33,608 bases of DNA, taken from Gemmatimonadota bacterium (GTDB taxonomy: Bacteria > Gemmatimonadota > Gemmatimonadetes > Palauibacterales > Palauibacteraceae). Shown here one piece after another: positions 19,711 through 27,656 of the stretch (the stretch's first letter is position 1; each line of letters starts with the position of its first letter). The notes under the pieces are model-generated. The model made no database searches. It was not told where the DNA came from and saw nothing but the letters and a program-made list of their open reading frames with translations. The DNA is taken from positions 1 through 33,608 of the forward strand of contig JAMJQV010000253.1 of assembly GCA_023554435.1 (NCBI GenBank), given 5' to 3'. The position numbers and the translations under genes are program-made.

Positions 19711-21212
19711 TCGAACCTCCCCAGCCTCCGACGCCACTCGCTGATCGCACCCGTCACACGTGCCGCGGAAGCGGCCGTCACGGTGACTCCTCCTCCGCTG
19801 ACTCGCGTGCGGTGCTCCAGCAGCGTGGCCGCGACGGCCGCCGCCCGAGCCTGCCAGTCCCCTTCACCCGTCTCCACCAATTCGGGGTGACGGTCCAGGT
19901 ATCGAACCGAGATGTCTCCAGCCTTGAAGTCCTCCTCGTCCAGGACTCCCAGGTGAAAGGGCTGAGTAGTGCGGATTCCCTCGATCTGTAACTCCCGCAG
20001 AGCCCGGCGCATCCTGAGAATCGCCTGATCACGGGTCGCCGCGTGAACGATGAGTTTGCCGAGCAAGGGATCGTAGTGCAGCCCAACCTCATAGTGTTCC
20101 ATGATGCCACCGTCCCAGCGAACCCCAGGCCCGCACGGGACTTCGAGCGCGCGGATCCTGCCGCTCGAGGGAAAGAACCCGCTGAACGGATCCTCTCCGC
20201 TGATCCGACACTCGATCGCGTGTCCGAGTGGCCAGTCAGGACTCACCTCGACCGACATCGGCAGACCCGCCGCGATTCGGATCTGCTCTTGCACCAGATC
20301 CACGCCGGTCACGAACTCCGTTACCGGGTGCTCGACCTGAATACGGGTGTTCATCTCGAGGAAGTAGAACTCGCCGTTCTGGTAGAGAAACTCGACCGTG
20401 CCGGCACCCACGTAGCCCACTGCTTCCGCAGCCGCGACCGCGACATCTCCCATGCGAGCCCGCAGGTCGGCGTCAACCGCCGGAGATGGGGCCTCCTCGA
20501 CCAGCTTTTGATGTCGCCGCTGAATGGAGCATTCTCTCTCCCCGAGGTGGATGACCCGGCCATGCGTGTCGGCGAGAATCTGGATCTCGATGTGCCGCGG
20601 GTCGCTCAGGTACTTCTCCAGGTAGACCCGGGAGTCGCCAAACGCCTGTCCTGCCTCCCGGCTCGCCGCCGACAGAGCCCGTGGCAGATCCTCCGCCGAT
20701 TCGATCACCCGCATTCCCTTACCGCCACCGCCCGCAGCGGCCTTCAACAGGACCGGCCATCCGATCCGATCTCCCGCAGCCACACCCTCGGCCACTTCGG
20801 TAATGGCGTCGGACCCGGGGACTACTGGGACACCCGCCTCGATCATCCTGGACCGGGCTGCCGTCTTGTCTCCCATCTCAGCGATCGCTTCGGGGGGCGG
20901 TCCCACGAAAACCAGGTCGGCCTCGAGTACTCGGCGCGCGAATTCAGGGCTTTCCGCCATGAATCCGTATCCCGGGTGCACCGCCTGGGCTCCTGTCAGG
21001 CGGGCTGCGTCGATGATCGCTTCCGCCCGCAGGTAGCTCTCGGCTGCGGGGGCAGGACCGATGAGAACGGCCTCACCTGCGAGAATAACGTGGGGAGAGA
21101 GGCGGTCGGCCTCCGAATAGACGGCGACCGTGCGCACCCCGAGTTCCTGGCAGGCACGAATCACGCGAACGGCGATCTCTCCGCGATTGGCGATCAGGAC
21201 CTTATCGAACAC
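19707..21212 (-). CDS. accC: biotin carboxylase subunit of acetyl/propionyl-CoA carboxylase (BC domain plus ~50-aa C-terminal extension)
   Basis: 501-aa ORF with MFDKVLIANRGEIAVRVIRACQELG, GGGGKGMRV and EMNTRIQVEHPVTE, the classic ATP-grasp biotin carboxylase motifs. Confidence 0.93.
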   Translation of the reverse strand: MFDKVLIANRGEIAVRVIRACQELGVRTVAVYSEADRLSPHVILAGEAVLIGPAPAAESYLRAEAIIDAARLTGAQAVHPGYGFMAESPEFARRVLEADLVFVGPPPEAIAEMGDKTAARSRMIEAGVPVVPGSDAITEVAEGVAAGDRIGWPVLLKAAAGGGGKGMRVIESAEDLPRALSAASREAGQAFGDSRVYLEKYLSDPRHIEIQILADTHGRVIHLGERECSIQRRHQKLVEEAPSPAVDADLRARMGDVAVAAAEAVGYVGAGTVEFLYQNGEFYFLEMNTRIQVEHPVTEFVTGVDLVQEQIRIAAGLPMSVEVSPDWPLGHAIECRISGEDPFSGFFPSSGRIRALEVPCGPGVRWDGGIMEHYEVGLHYDPLLGKLIVHAATRDQAILRMRRALRELQIEGIRTTQPFHLGVLDEEDFKAGDISVRYLDRHPELVETGEGDWQARAAAVAATLLEHRTRVSGGGVTVTAASAARVTGAISEWRRRLGRFD

Positions 21213-21221
21213 GACGGTACC

Positions 21222-22772
21222 TCACAGGGGGATATTGCCGTGCTTGCGGGGTGGGTTCCGCTGGCGCTTGTTCTGCAGTATCTCGAGGCCCGAGATGAGG
21301 CGGGCCCGGGTCTCTCTCGGGTCAATCACGTCGTCCAGAAAGCCCCGCTTCGCCGCCAGGTACGGGTGCGCGAACCTCTCACGAAACTCGCTCTCCAACT
21401 CCGCGACACGTGCGTCCCGGTCCTCGGCTCCCTCCAACTCTCGCCGGTAGAGGATCTCGACGGCTCCCTTGGGACCCATGACTGCCAGCTCCGCCGTGGG
21501 CCACGCGAAATTGAGATCTCCCCGGATATGCTTGGACGACATCACGTCGTACGCTCCACCGTAGGCTTTCCGGGTAATCACCGTCAGCTTGGGGACCGTG
21601 CTCTCGCAGTAGGCGTACAGGAGCTTCGCCCCATGCTGTATGATGCCACCGTGCTCCTGCGCCACCCCCGGCAGGAAACCCGGGACGTCTTCGAGAGTGA
21701 CAATCGGCACGTTGAAGGCATCGCAGAACCGGATGAAGCGGGCGCCCTTCCGACTCGCATCGATGTCCAGCACACCCGCCAGTACGGCCGGCTGATTCGC
21801 CAGGATCCCCACCGGTCGCCCCCCCATACGGGCGAACCCCACGATGATGTTGCCCGCGTAGCCCGCGTGGACTTCGAGGAAATCCCCATCATCCACGATC
21901 CTGCCGATCACCTCATGCATGTCGTAGGGCTGACTCGCCAGGTCGGGTATGACATCGAGCAGCTCCTCGTCCGCTCGTGTAGAGGGATCATCGGTTGGCA
22001 CTACCGGGGGATCCTCGGAATTGTTGGCGGGAAGAAATCCGAGGAGCTTCCTGACGGCACCCAGGCTCTCGATCTCCGTCGCGTGGGAAAAGTGCGCTAC
22101 CCCGGATCGGGTGCTGTGCACGCCGGCACCGCCCAGCTCCTCGAACGTTACCTCTTCGTGCGTCACGGTCTTCACGACGTTGGGACCGGTCACGAACATG
22201 TGACTGATTCCCTGAACCATGAACACGAAATCCGTGATGGCCGGAGAATAAACCGCCCCACCGGCGCACGGTCCCAGGATCACGCTGACTTGCGGTACGA
22301 CTCCCGAGGCAAGCGTGTTGCGGAGGAACAACTCCGCGTAGCCGCCAAGAGAAGCTACCCCTTCCTGGATTCGGGCACCGCCGGAGTCGTTGAGCCCGAT
22401 CACGGGAGCGCCATTCTGGGTCGCCAGATCGACCACCTTGCAGATCTTCTCGGCGTGGGCTTCGGATAGAGAGCCCCCAAATACGGTGAAGTCCTGGCTG
22501 AACACGTAGACGGTGCGTCCATCGATGGTTCCGTACCCGGTCACCACCCCGTCCCCCGGGATCCGCTGGTCTTCGAGTCCGAAGTCGACGCTTCGGTGCT
22601 CGACGAAGCGATCGATTTCGATGAACGACCCTTGATCGAGCAGGATGTCCAGGCGCTCCCGCGCCCCCAGCTTGCCTCGCTCGTGCTGTCGCGCGAGCCG
22701 CTTGGCCCCGCCACCCTCGAGGGTCCGCTCGCGAAGCTCCTCCAGTTGCCGCAGCTTCTCACGCGCGCTCAT
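21222..22772 (-). CDS. pccB: propionyl-CoA carboxylase beta chain / methylmalonyl-CoA carboxyltransferase
   Basis: 516-aa [30 protein letters not shown] and the two-lobed carboxyltransferase pattern ([12 protein letters not shown]...AYGGAYDVM) identify it. ATG 22772 overlaps the upstream gene's stop (ATGA). Confidence 0.93.
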   Translation of the reverse strand: MSAREKLRQLEELRERTLEGGGAKRLARQHERGKLGARERLDILLDQGSFIEIDRFVEHRSVDFGLEDQRIPGDGVVTGYGTIDGRTVYVFSQDFTVFGGSLSEAHAEKICKVVDLATQNGAPVIGLNDSGGARIQEGVASLGGYAELFLRNTLASGVVPQVSVILGPCAGGAVYSPAITDFVFMVQGISHMFVTGPNVVKTVTHEEVTFEELGGAGVHSTRSGVAHFSHATEIESLGAVRKLLGFLPANNSEDPPVVPTDDPSTRADEELLDVIPDLASQPYDMHEVIGRIVDDGDFLEVHAGYAGNIIVGFARMGGRPVGILANQPAVLAGVLDIDASRKGARFIRFCDAFNVPIVTLEDVPGFLPGVAQEHGGIIQHGAKLLYAYCESTVPKLTVITRKAYGGAYDVMSSKHIRGDLNFAWPTAELAVMGPKGAVEILYRRELEGAEDRDARVAELESEFRERFAHPYLAAKRGFLDDVIDPRETRARLISGLEILQNKRQRNPPRKHGNIPL

Positions 22773-24502
22773 CCGTCCCCCTCCTCTTCTTCTTCCTTCT
22801 CCTCCTCAAGAGCCCTGAGAAACTCTTCGAGTTCCATCTGCTCCTCAGCCCACCGAAGCATCTCCTCCGCGTCGGGGGTCGAGAGTCCCCCGTCCTCGAG
22901 GACGCGAACGAACACCTCACGACCCAGGGTGCCCGACACGGGATCGATTCCGAGACTACCGGTGGCCCCCTGGTGGATCCCGCTGCGCATCGACCTCCCG
23001 ATGGCGCCCCGGCGCTCCCATTCGACCTCCGGCACACCCGCGAGTATCAAGTTCAGCGCGTCGAATCCGAGCGCTGCAAACATATTGTCAGTTAACGCTT
23101 TGCGGTACTTTGCTTCATATGCCGCTTCAAATGTACGCCACGGAGTGCCGGCGCTGATACGATCCACGTACGTTCCCACCAGCCGGTGATCCGAGTAGCT
23201 CGGGTCCAATCGTCGCACGACTGCAGGATCCGACCAGTTGGCATCGCCAGCGGTGACCCAGCGACGAAGACCGTAGTACACCAGCTGGGGTGCGATCTGG
23301 AGAACCGTCCGCGGGTTGTCGGCAAAAACGACCACTGCCGCTGGCTCGGCTGCTGCGAGCGCGGCAATCGGAGTACCGAAGGTGGTGGAATCCGCCACGT
23401 AGGGTTGGGCAGCAAGGATACGACCTCCGTTCCCAGCGACCTCTGCCCGAAGAGCCTCCAGGGCAACGGGAGACCAGCCGTACGGGTAGAGCACGCCCAG
23501 CGTGTCCAGATCCATGTTGTCGGACAGCCAGGAGGCGAGCGCGACCGCTACGTCGGCCTCGCGTCGGTCCCGATCCCACAGCGTGTAGACGTTCAGGTCG
23601 CCACCCTGCCCCGCTGCGGCCGTGGGGCTGAGGATCAGCAGGTCGTCATCATCCCTCCGAATGGCCGCTGACTGCAGGGCCTCCGTTCGGATCGGACCGA
23701 TTACCGCAGCGACGTCCATCTCGCCAAGCGCCTCGACGTGATCGATTCCCACTTCGACCCGAGAACTGTCATCCAGGACGACGAGGTCGATAGCCGCATG
23801 TGCGGGATCCGCCCGGTACAATTCCAGGGCCAGCAAAGCGCCCTCGAGGATCTGCTCTCCCACGCCGGCGAAGCGGCCGGTCGCGGGTAACACCAAACCG
23901 ATCCGCAGCGGGTCGGCCTGTGCAGATACTCTGCCCTCGAGGACGTCCTCGGCCTTGTTCCGTTCCGTTCCGTCTGGCGAGCCGGCCAACACCGTTTCCG
24001 CCAGCTGACGGGCCATCTCGGGATGGTCTGCCACAGCGAGCGCACGCGCGAGCTCGGCGCCGACGATGGACCTGGCCTCCACTCGAGCGTCCGGAGGTTC
24101 CATCAGGCCTTGGAGCTCGCGGATCGACAGCTGACTCACGAGATTGCGCAGGGTCTTACGGTCACCGCCTCTCAGTTCGAAGGGCGCCCGCACCAGGACG
24201 GAGGCCGCCCGCTCTTCGGCTCCGACCGCATCCAGAACCCCGACCAGGTCCTCGGCGCTCTCCGGATCCAGTTCGGCCGACCCGGTCCACTCACGCCACA
24301 GCGAATCGGCTATCACCCACGAGGTGACCCAGTCCCCATCGCTCAACGCATCCTCGGCTCGCTCCAGCGAAGAGCGATCAAGAACCCTCTCTCGGACCAC
24401 CGGGGAGTCGGTGACCACCTCCGGTTCGGGCGGTGCTACCGCGCTTCGCCCGCCGGCGCACCCTGACACGAGCACGAGGGTCGCTATGAACCACCTGCGC
24501 AT
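22769..24502 (-). CDS. lipoprotein with helical N-domain and LivK/Peripla_BP_6-like C-domain (LpoA-like penicillin-binding-protein-activator architecture); function uncertain
   Basis: 577-aa ORF. The signal peptide plus lipobox reads [15 protein letters not shown]. The central [26 protein letters not shown] is typical of type I periplasmic binding folds. The C-terminal tail is acidic ([12 protein letters not shown]). A GGGAGGG lies 7 nt upstream of ATG 24502. Confidence 0.6.
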   Translation of the reverse strand: MRRWFIATLVLVSGCAGGRSAVAPPEPEVVTDSPVVRERVLDRSSLERAEDALSDGDWVTSWVIADSLWREWTGSAELDPESAEDLVGVLDAVGAEERAASVLVRAPFELRGGDRKTLRNLVSQLSIRELQGLMEPPDARVEARSIVGAELARALAVADHPEMARQLAETVLAGSPDGTERNKAEDVLEGRVSAQADPLRIGLVLPATGRFAGVGEQILEGALLALELYRADPAHAAIDLVVLDDSSRVEVGIDHVEALGEMDVAAVIGPIRTEALQSAAIRRDDDDLLILSPTAAAGQGGDLNVYTLWDRDRREADVAVALASWLSDNMDLDTLGVLYPYGWSPVALEALRAEVAGNGGRILAAQPYVADSTTFGTPIAALAAAEPAAVVVFADNPRTVLQIAPQLVYYGLRRWVTAGDANWSDPAVVRRLDPSYSDHRLVGTYVDRISAGTPWRTFEAAYEAKYRKALTDNMFAALGFDALNLILAGVPEVEWERRGAIGRSMRSGIHQGATGSLGIDPVSGTLGREVFVRVLEDGGLSTPDAEEMLRWAEEQMELEEFLRALEEEKEEEEEGDG

Positions 24503-24516
24503 CTACTGCCCTCCCG

Positions 24517-24559
24517 TCAATAAACTCAGGGGGCCCGACGCCACTCGCCGGGCCCCCTG
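24517..24559 (-). terminator. intrinsic-terminator-like hairpin downstream of rpsA
   Basis: The minus-strand RNA is CAGGGGGCCCG-GCGAGUGGCGU-CGGGCCCCCUG, an 11-bp perfect stem (24527-24537 with 24549-24559), followed by AGUUUAUUGA. It lies 38 nt after the rpsA stop and only 24 nt before the next start codon, so it is probably leaky. Confidence 0.55.
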
Positions 24560-24596
24560 CGAGGCAACAATCACTATCTCAGCCGAAACGGCCGGA

Positions 24597-26804
24597 TCAG
24601 GACGTCTTGTCCTCTTCCTCCACCTCAGCCTCAGCTTCCGCTTCGGCCTCCTCCTCCACCTCAGCCTCGGCTTCGACGGCCTCGGCTTCGGCTTCCGCTT
24701 CGACCTCCTCGACAGCTTCCGCTTCAGCTTCGACATCTTCGGCTTCGGCTTCAGCTTCGACCTCTTCGACAGCTTCCGCTTCAGCTTCGACCTCTTCGAC
24801 CTCCTCGGCCGGCGCGGCAGCCCTTGCCGCTGCCCTCTCCTCAACTCCGGGAGCGTCGGTCACGGAGAGTACGATTCGTCGGTTGATCGGATCGGACTCC
24901 AGCACCTTGAGCTCGAGCCGGTCGCCTTCCACGAACAGGTCAGACGGATCCCCGAGCTCTTCCTTCACCCCGAGCTGCGAGATCGGAACGAATCCCTCGA
25001 CATCGTCTCCAAGATCGACGACCAGGCCCTTATCCAGCATTCGCACGACACTTCCCCCGGTCTCGGTGCCCGGCTCGAAGCGCTGTGCCAGCTCGTACCA
25101 GGGATCGTCATCCACCTGCTTGAGTCCAAGCGAAATCCGCTTCTGGTCCGGGTCGATGCTGAGGATCACGACATCGACTTCCTCGCCCTTGCGGACGACC
25201 TCGGACGGATGCTGCACTCTCCGGGTCCAACTCATGTCGGAGATGTGGACGAGTCCATCAATCCCGGGCTCGACCTCGACGAAGGCGCCGAACGACGTAA
25301 GGTTCCGAACCACACCGGTGATCTTCGTCCCCGGCGGGTATTTGCCCGAAAGGGCCAGCCACGGATCCTCCTCGGTCTGCTTCATACCGAGTGAGATCTT
25401 CTTCTCTTCTTCATCAACCCGCAGCACCACGCATTCGAGCTCGTCGTTGATCGATGCCAGCTGCGATGGGTGACGCACGTTCCGAGTCCAGCTCATCTCG
25501 GAGATGTGCACCAGGCCCTCGACACCCTTCTCCAACTCGATGAAGGCGCCGTAGTTGGTGATCGACACGACACGTCCGCGAACCCGGCTTCCCACCGGAT
25601 ACTTGGCCGCGACGTCCTCCCACGGGTACGCCTGGAGCTGCTTGAGCCCCAGCGAGATCCGCTCACGATCCCAATCGATATCGAGGATCTTGACCTCGAG
25701 TTCGTCTCCTATTTGACAGAGTTCGGAAGGATGGCCGATCCGACCCCATGACATGTCGGTGATGTGAAGGAGGCCGTCCATACCGCCGAGATCGATGAAA
25801 GCTCCGAAATCGGTGATGTTCTTGACCACGCCCTTCCGAACCTGACCGACCTGCAACTCCTCCTTCAGCGACTCCCGCTTCGTGGCCCTCTCCTCCTCCA
25901 GGATGACTCTGCGGCTCACGACGATATTCCTGCGCCGCTTGTTGAGCTTGAGGATCTTGAAATCGTACTCCTGCCCAATCAACTCATCCACGTTGGGCAC
26001 TCGACGAAGTGCGATCTGCGATCCAGGAAGGAACGCGTCCACTCCCATGAGGTCGACGGTGACCCCCCCCTTGATCTTGCGCTTCAGTATGCCGGGGACG
26101 GTGCGATCGTCGTCGTACGCTTCCTTGATCTTCTCCCAGACCCGAAGGAAGTCGGCCTTCTTCTTCGAGAGAACGACCACTCCCTCCTGGTCCTCCAGAC
26201 TCTCCAGGAAGACCTCCACTTCGTCGCCCGGCTCGATGGTGTCGGGATCGCGGAACTCCTCCAGCGGAACCAGGCCCTCCGACTTGAAGCCCACGTCCAG
26301 GATCACCGCAGCATCCGTCTTGCGAAGGACGGTGGCCTTCACGATTTCACCCTCGGCGATCTCGCTGAGCGTGTCCTCGTACAGGGCCATCATCTCGTCG
26401 TATTCATCCGACGAGTACTCCCCGCCCTCCAGCATCTCCATCGACATCCCATCGGCCATCCCGTACGCGACGGTCGTCCAGCCGGCTTCCTCGTCTACGG
26501 GCTCATCGTCGGAGGACGCGGGCGGCGAGGGGTCTTCAGTGGGATCGGTCTCCGCGTCTGGGGTGTCGACCTCGTCTTCGGATTCATCGCCTGCGGATAT
26601 GTCGATGTCCGACTCGAGCGCAGGGGATTCCGTCTCGACCTCGATCGCATCGGAGACCTCGGTCTCCTCTGGCGTCACCGCAGCCTCTTCTTGCAGGGAC
26701 TCGTCAACCGGGTCCGCTTCGACCGGCGTATCGACGGGAGAGGTGGGGTCCAGGTCCGGGGCCGGATTCTCGTCAGCGGCGATCTGCTCGTCCTTCGTAC
26801 TCAT
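24597..26804 (-). CDS. rpsA: 30S ribosomal protein S1 (six S1/OB domains) with acidic N-terminal extension and repetitive E/A/V C-terminal tail
   Basis: 735-aa ORF with six recognisable S1 repeats (for example GQVRKGVVKNITDFGAFIDLGGMDGLLHITDMSW, GSRVRGRVVSITNYGAFIELEKGVEGLVHISEMSW, GTKITGVVRNLTSFGAFVEVEPGIDGLVHISDMSW). It keeps the conserved position downstream of cmk. The start is uncertain: ATG 26804 has no Shine-Dalgarno, and the first internal Met is residue 116. Confidence 0.92.
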   Translation of the reverse strand: MSTKDEQIAADENPAPDLDPTSPVDTPVEADPVDESLQEEAAVTPEETEVSDAIEVETESPALESDIDISAGDESEDEVDTPDAETDPTEDPSPPASSDDEPVDEEAGWTTVAYGMADGMSMEMLEGGEYSSDEYDEMMALYEDTLSEIAEGEIVKATVLRKTDAAVILDVGFKSEGLVPLEEFRDPDTIEPGDEVEVFLESLEDQEGVVVLSKKKADFLRVWEKIKEAYDDDRTVPGILKRKIKGGVTVDLMGVDAFLPGSQIALRRVPNVDELIGQEYDFKILKLNKRRRNIVVSRRVILEEERATKRESLKEELQVGQVRKGVVKNITDFGAFIDLGGMDGLLHITDMSWGRIGHPSELCQIGDELEVKILDIDWDRERISLGLKQLQAYPWEDVAAKYPVGSRVRGRVVSITNYGAFIELEKGVEGLVHISEMSWTRNVRHPSQLASINDELECVVLRVDEEEKKISLGMKQTEEDPWLALSGKYPPGTKITGVVRNLTSFGAFVEVEPGIDGLVHISDMSWTRRVQHPSEVVRKGEEVDVVILSIDPDQKRISLGLKQVDDDPWYELAQRFEPGTETGGSVVRMLDKGLVVDLGDDVEGFVPISQLGVKEELGDPSDLFVEGDRLELKVLESDPINRRIVLSVTDAPGVEERAAARAAAPAEEVEEVEAEAEAVEEVEAEAEAEDVEAEAEAVEEVEAEAEAEAVEAEAEVEEEAEAEAEAEVEEEDKTS
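24634..24804. repeat. about three tandem copies of a 57-bp (19-codon) unit inside the rpsA 3' end
   Basis: Direct comparison of 24691-24744 with 24748-24801 (shift 57) gives 49/54 identical. A more diverged copy lies at 24634-24690. The repeat is in frame and encodes VEAEAEAVEEVEAEAEAE(D/A). Confidence 0.85.
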
Positions 26805-26842
26805 TCGGTGTGTACCATTCGGATTTGGCGTCCGCCCCGGAT

Positions 26843-26885
26843 CTCAAAAACAAGTGGCAGGAAAGCGAAACCGCTCTGCCTGCCA
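26843..26885 (-). terminator. intrinsic terminator downstream of cmk, located inside the rpsA leader
   Basis: The minus-strand RNA is UGGCAGG-CAG-AGCG-GUUU-CGCU-UU-CCUGCCA (26885-26855) followed directly by CUUGUUUUUGAG. It lies about 94 nt after the cmk stop and about 40 nt before the rpsA ATG. Confidence 0.65.
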
Positions 26886-26978
26886 TCCGATCCGTCGATG
26901 GGCGCGCTCAGGGGTTGAAGTCATGGTTGTCAATCTGCGAACAATAGCAAAGAAAAGTAGATACAGCGCGGGAACGAG

Positions 26979-27656
26979 TCAACCAACGGTCGCCCCCCTG
27001 TCCCGGGCCAGGGATACGATTCGCCGCACGACCTCGCCGGCGTCCATCTCCGTGGTGTCGACCCGGACGGCATCCGGCGCCTCACGCAGCGGAGACGCGG
27101 ACCGACTCGAGTCTGCTGCGTCCCTGGCCGCCAGCCTGGCTGCCTCCTGGCTCACCGCTTCGTCCGAGACCTCGAGGCCGTGGTCGAGGAGGCGCCGCCT
27201 TCCCCGCTCCTCGGCAGACGCTATGAGGAAGATCTTGAGCTCCGCAGTCGGGAACACGACGGTGCCGATGTCCCTCCCGTCACATACCACTCCCCCGTGC
27301 CCGCCCTCAGCCCTGAGCAGGCTCAATACCCTGTCGCGAACCTCCGGTCTCGCTGAGACCTCAGAGACCCGGGCCGAGGTCGCTGGTGACACGAGATTCA
27401 CTCCGGGGTCCACGCCGTCCACCAGCACCCGGTACCCGGACCCGACCCTCTCCAGCTCGAGACTGAGGTCAGCCAAACTCCGGTTGAACCGGGTCTCATC
27501 ACTCGGCCAGTCCTCCACCATCGCTGCCCAGGTAATGCCTCTGTACAGCAAGCCGGAATTGAGGTGATTGTATCCGAGGACTCGCGCCACGCGGGCCGCC
27601 GTGGTGCTCTTGCCCGATGCGGCCGGGCCATCGATCGCGATGATGATGTCGGTCAC
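26979..27656 (-). CDS. cmk: cytidylate kinase
   Basis: 225-aa ORF with IIAIDGPAASGKSTTAARVARVLGYNHLNSGLLYR, the P-loop plus Cmk signature. The GTG start overlaps the aroA stop (GTGA). Confidence 0.93.
   Translation of the reverse strand: MTDIIIAIDGPAASGKSTTAARVARVLGYNHLNSGLLYRGITWAAMVEDWPSDETRFNRSLADLSLELERVGSGYRVLVDGVDPGVNLVSPATSARVSEVSARPEVRDRVLSLLRAEGGHGGVVCDGRDIGTVVFPTAELKIFLIASAEERGRRRLLDHGLEVSDEAVSQEAARLAARDAADSSRSASPLREAPDAVRVDTTEMDAGEVVRRIVSLARDRGATVG

Noticed and set aside
20043-22469. An 808-aa plus-strand ORF spanning the antisense of accC and pccB. It is the longest ORF in the track.
   Set aside because: It is the codon-aligned antisense frame of both genes (all three have codon boundaries at coordinate mod 3 = 0). 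In that frame stops arise only opposite sense TTA, CTA or TCA codons, which are rare in a GC-rich genome. The product is Arg/Pro/Gly/His-rich with no recognisable motif, while the sense strand encodes unmistakable carboxylase subunits.
24634-24804. The tandem 57-bp repeats were considered as a possible CRISPR-like array or minisatellite.
   Set aside because: The units abut each other with no unique spacers. The period is a multiple of three, and the repeats lie in frame inside rpsA. No cas genes are present in the window.
24503-25473. The minus-strand 113-aa K/R/S-rich ORF (24503..24844) and the plus-strand SASASAS-rich ORF (24607..25473).
   Set aside because: They are alternative-frame and antisense readings of the GCTTC-rich 57-bp repeats in the rpsA 3' end. 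The periodic composition is a by-product of the E/A/V repeat.
26928-26933. A TTGACA -35-like hexamer (minus strand) upstream of rpsA.
   Set aside because: The sequence 16-18 nt downstream is TGAGCG, GAGCGC or similar, which is not a usable -10. I cannot call a promoter from this alone.
8333-27567. Other long plus-strand ORFs: 8333..9724, 10527..11693, 12296..13720, 17803..19272, 24144..25394, 25764..26918 and 25882..27567.
   Set aside because: These are probably the same kind of antisense shadow ORF opposite well-supported minus-strand genes. I checked codon alignment only for 8333..9724, which is codon-aligned with the GT4 gene. Their compositions are low-complexity Arg/Pro/Ser and lack family motifs.
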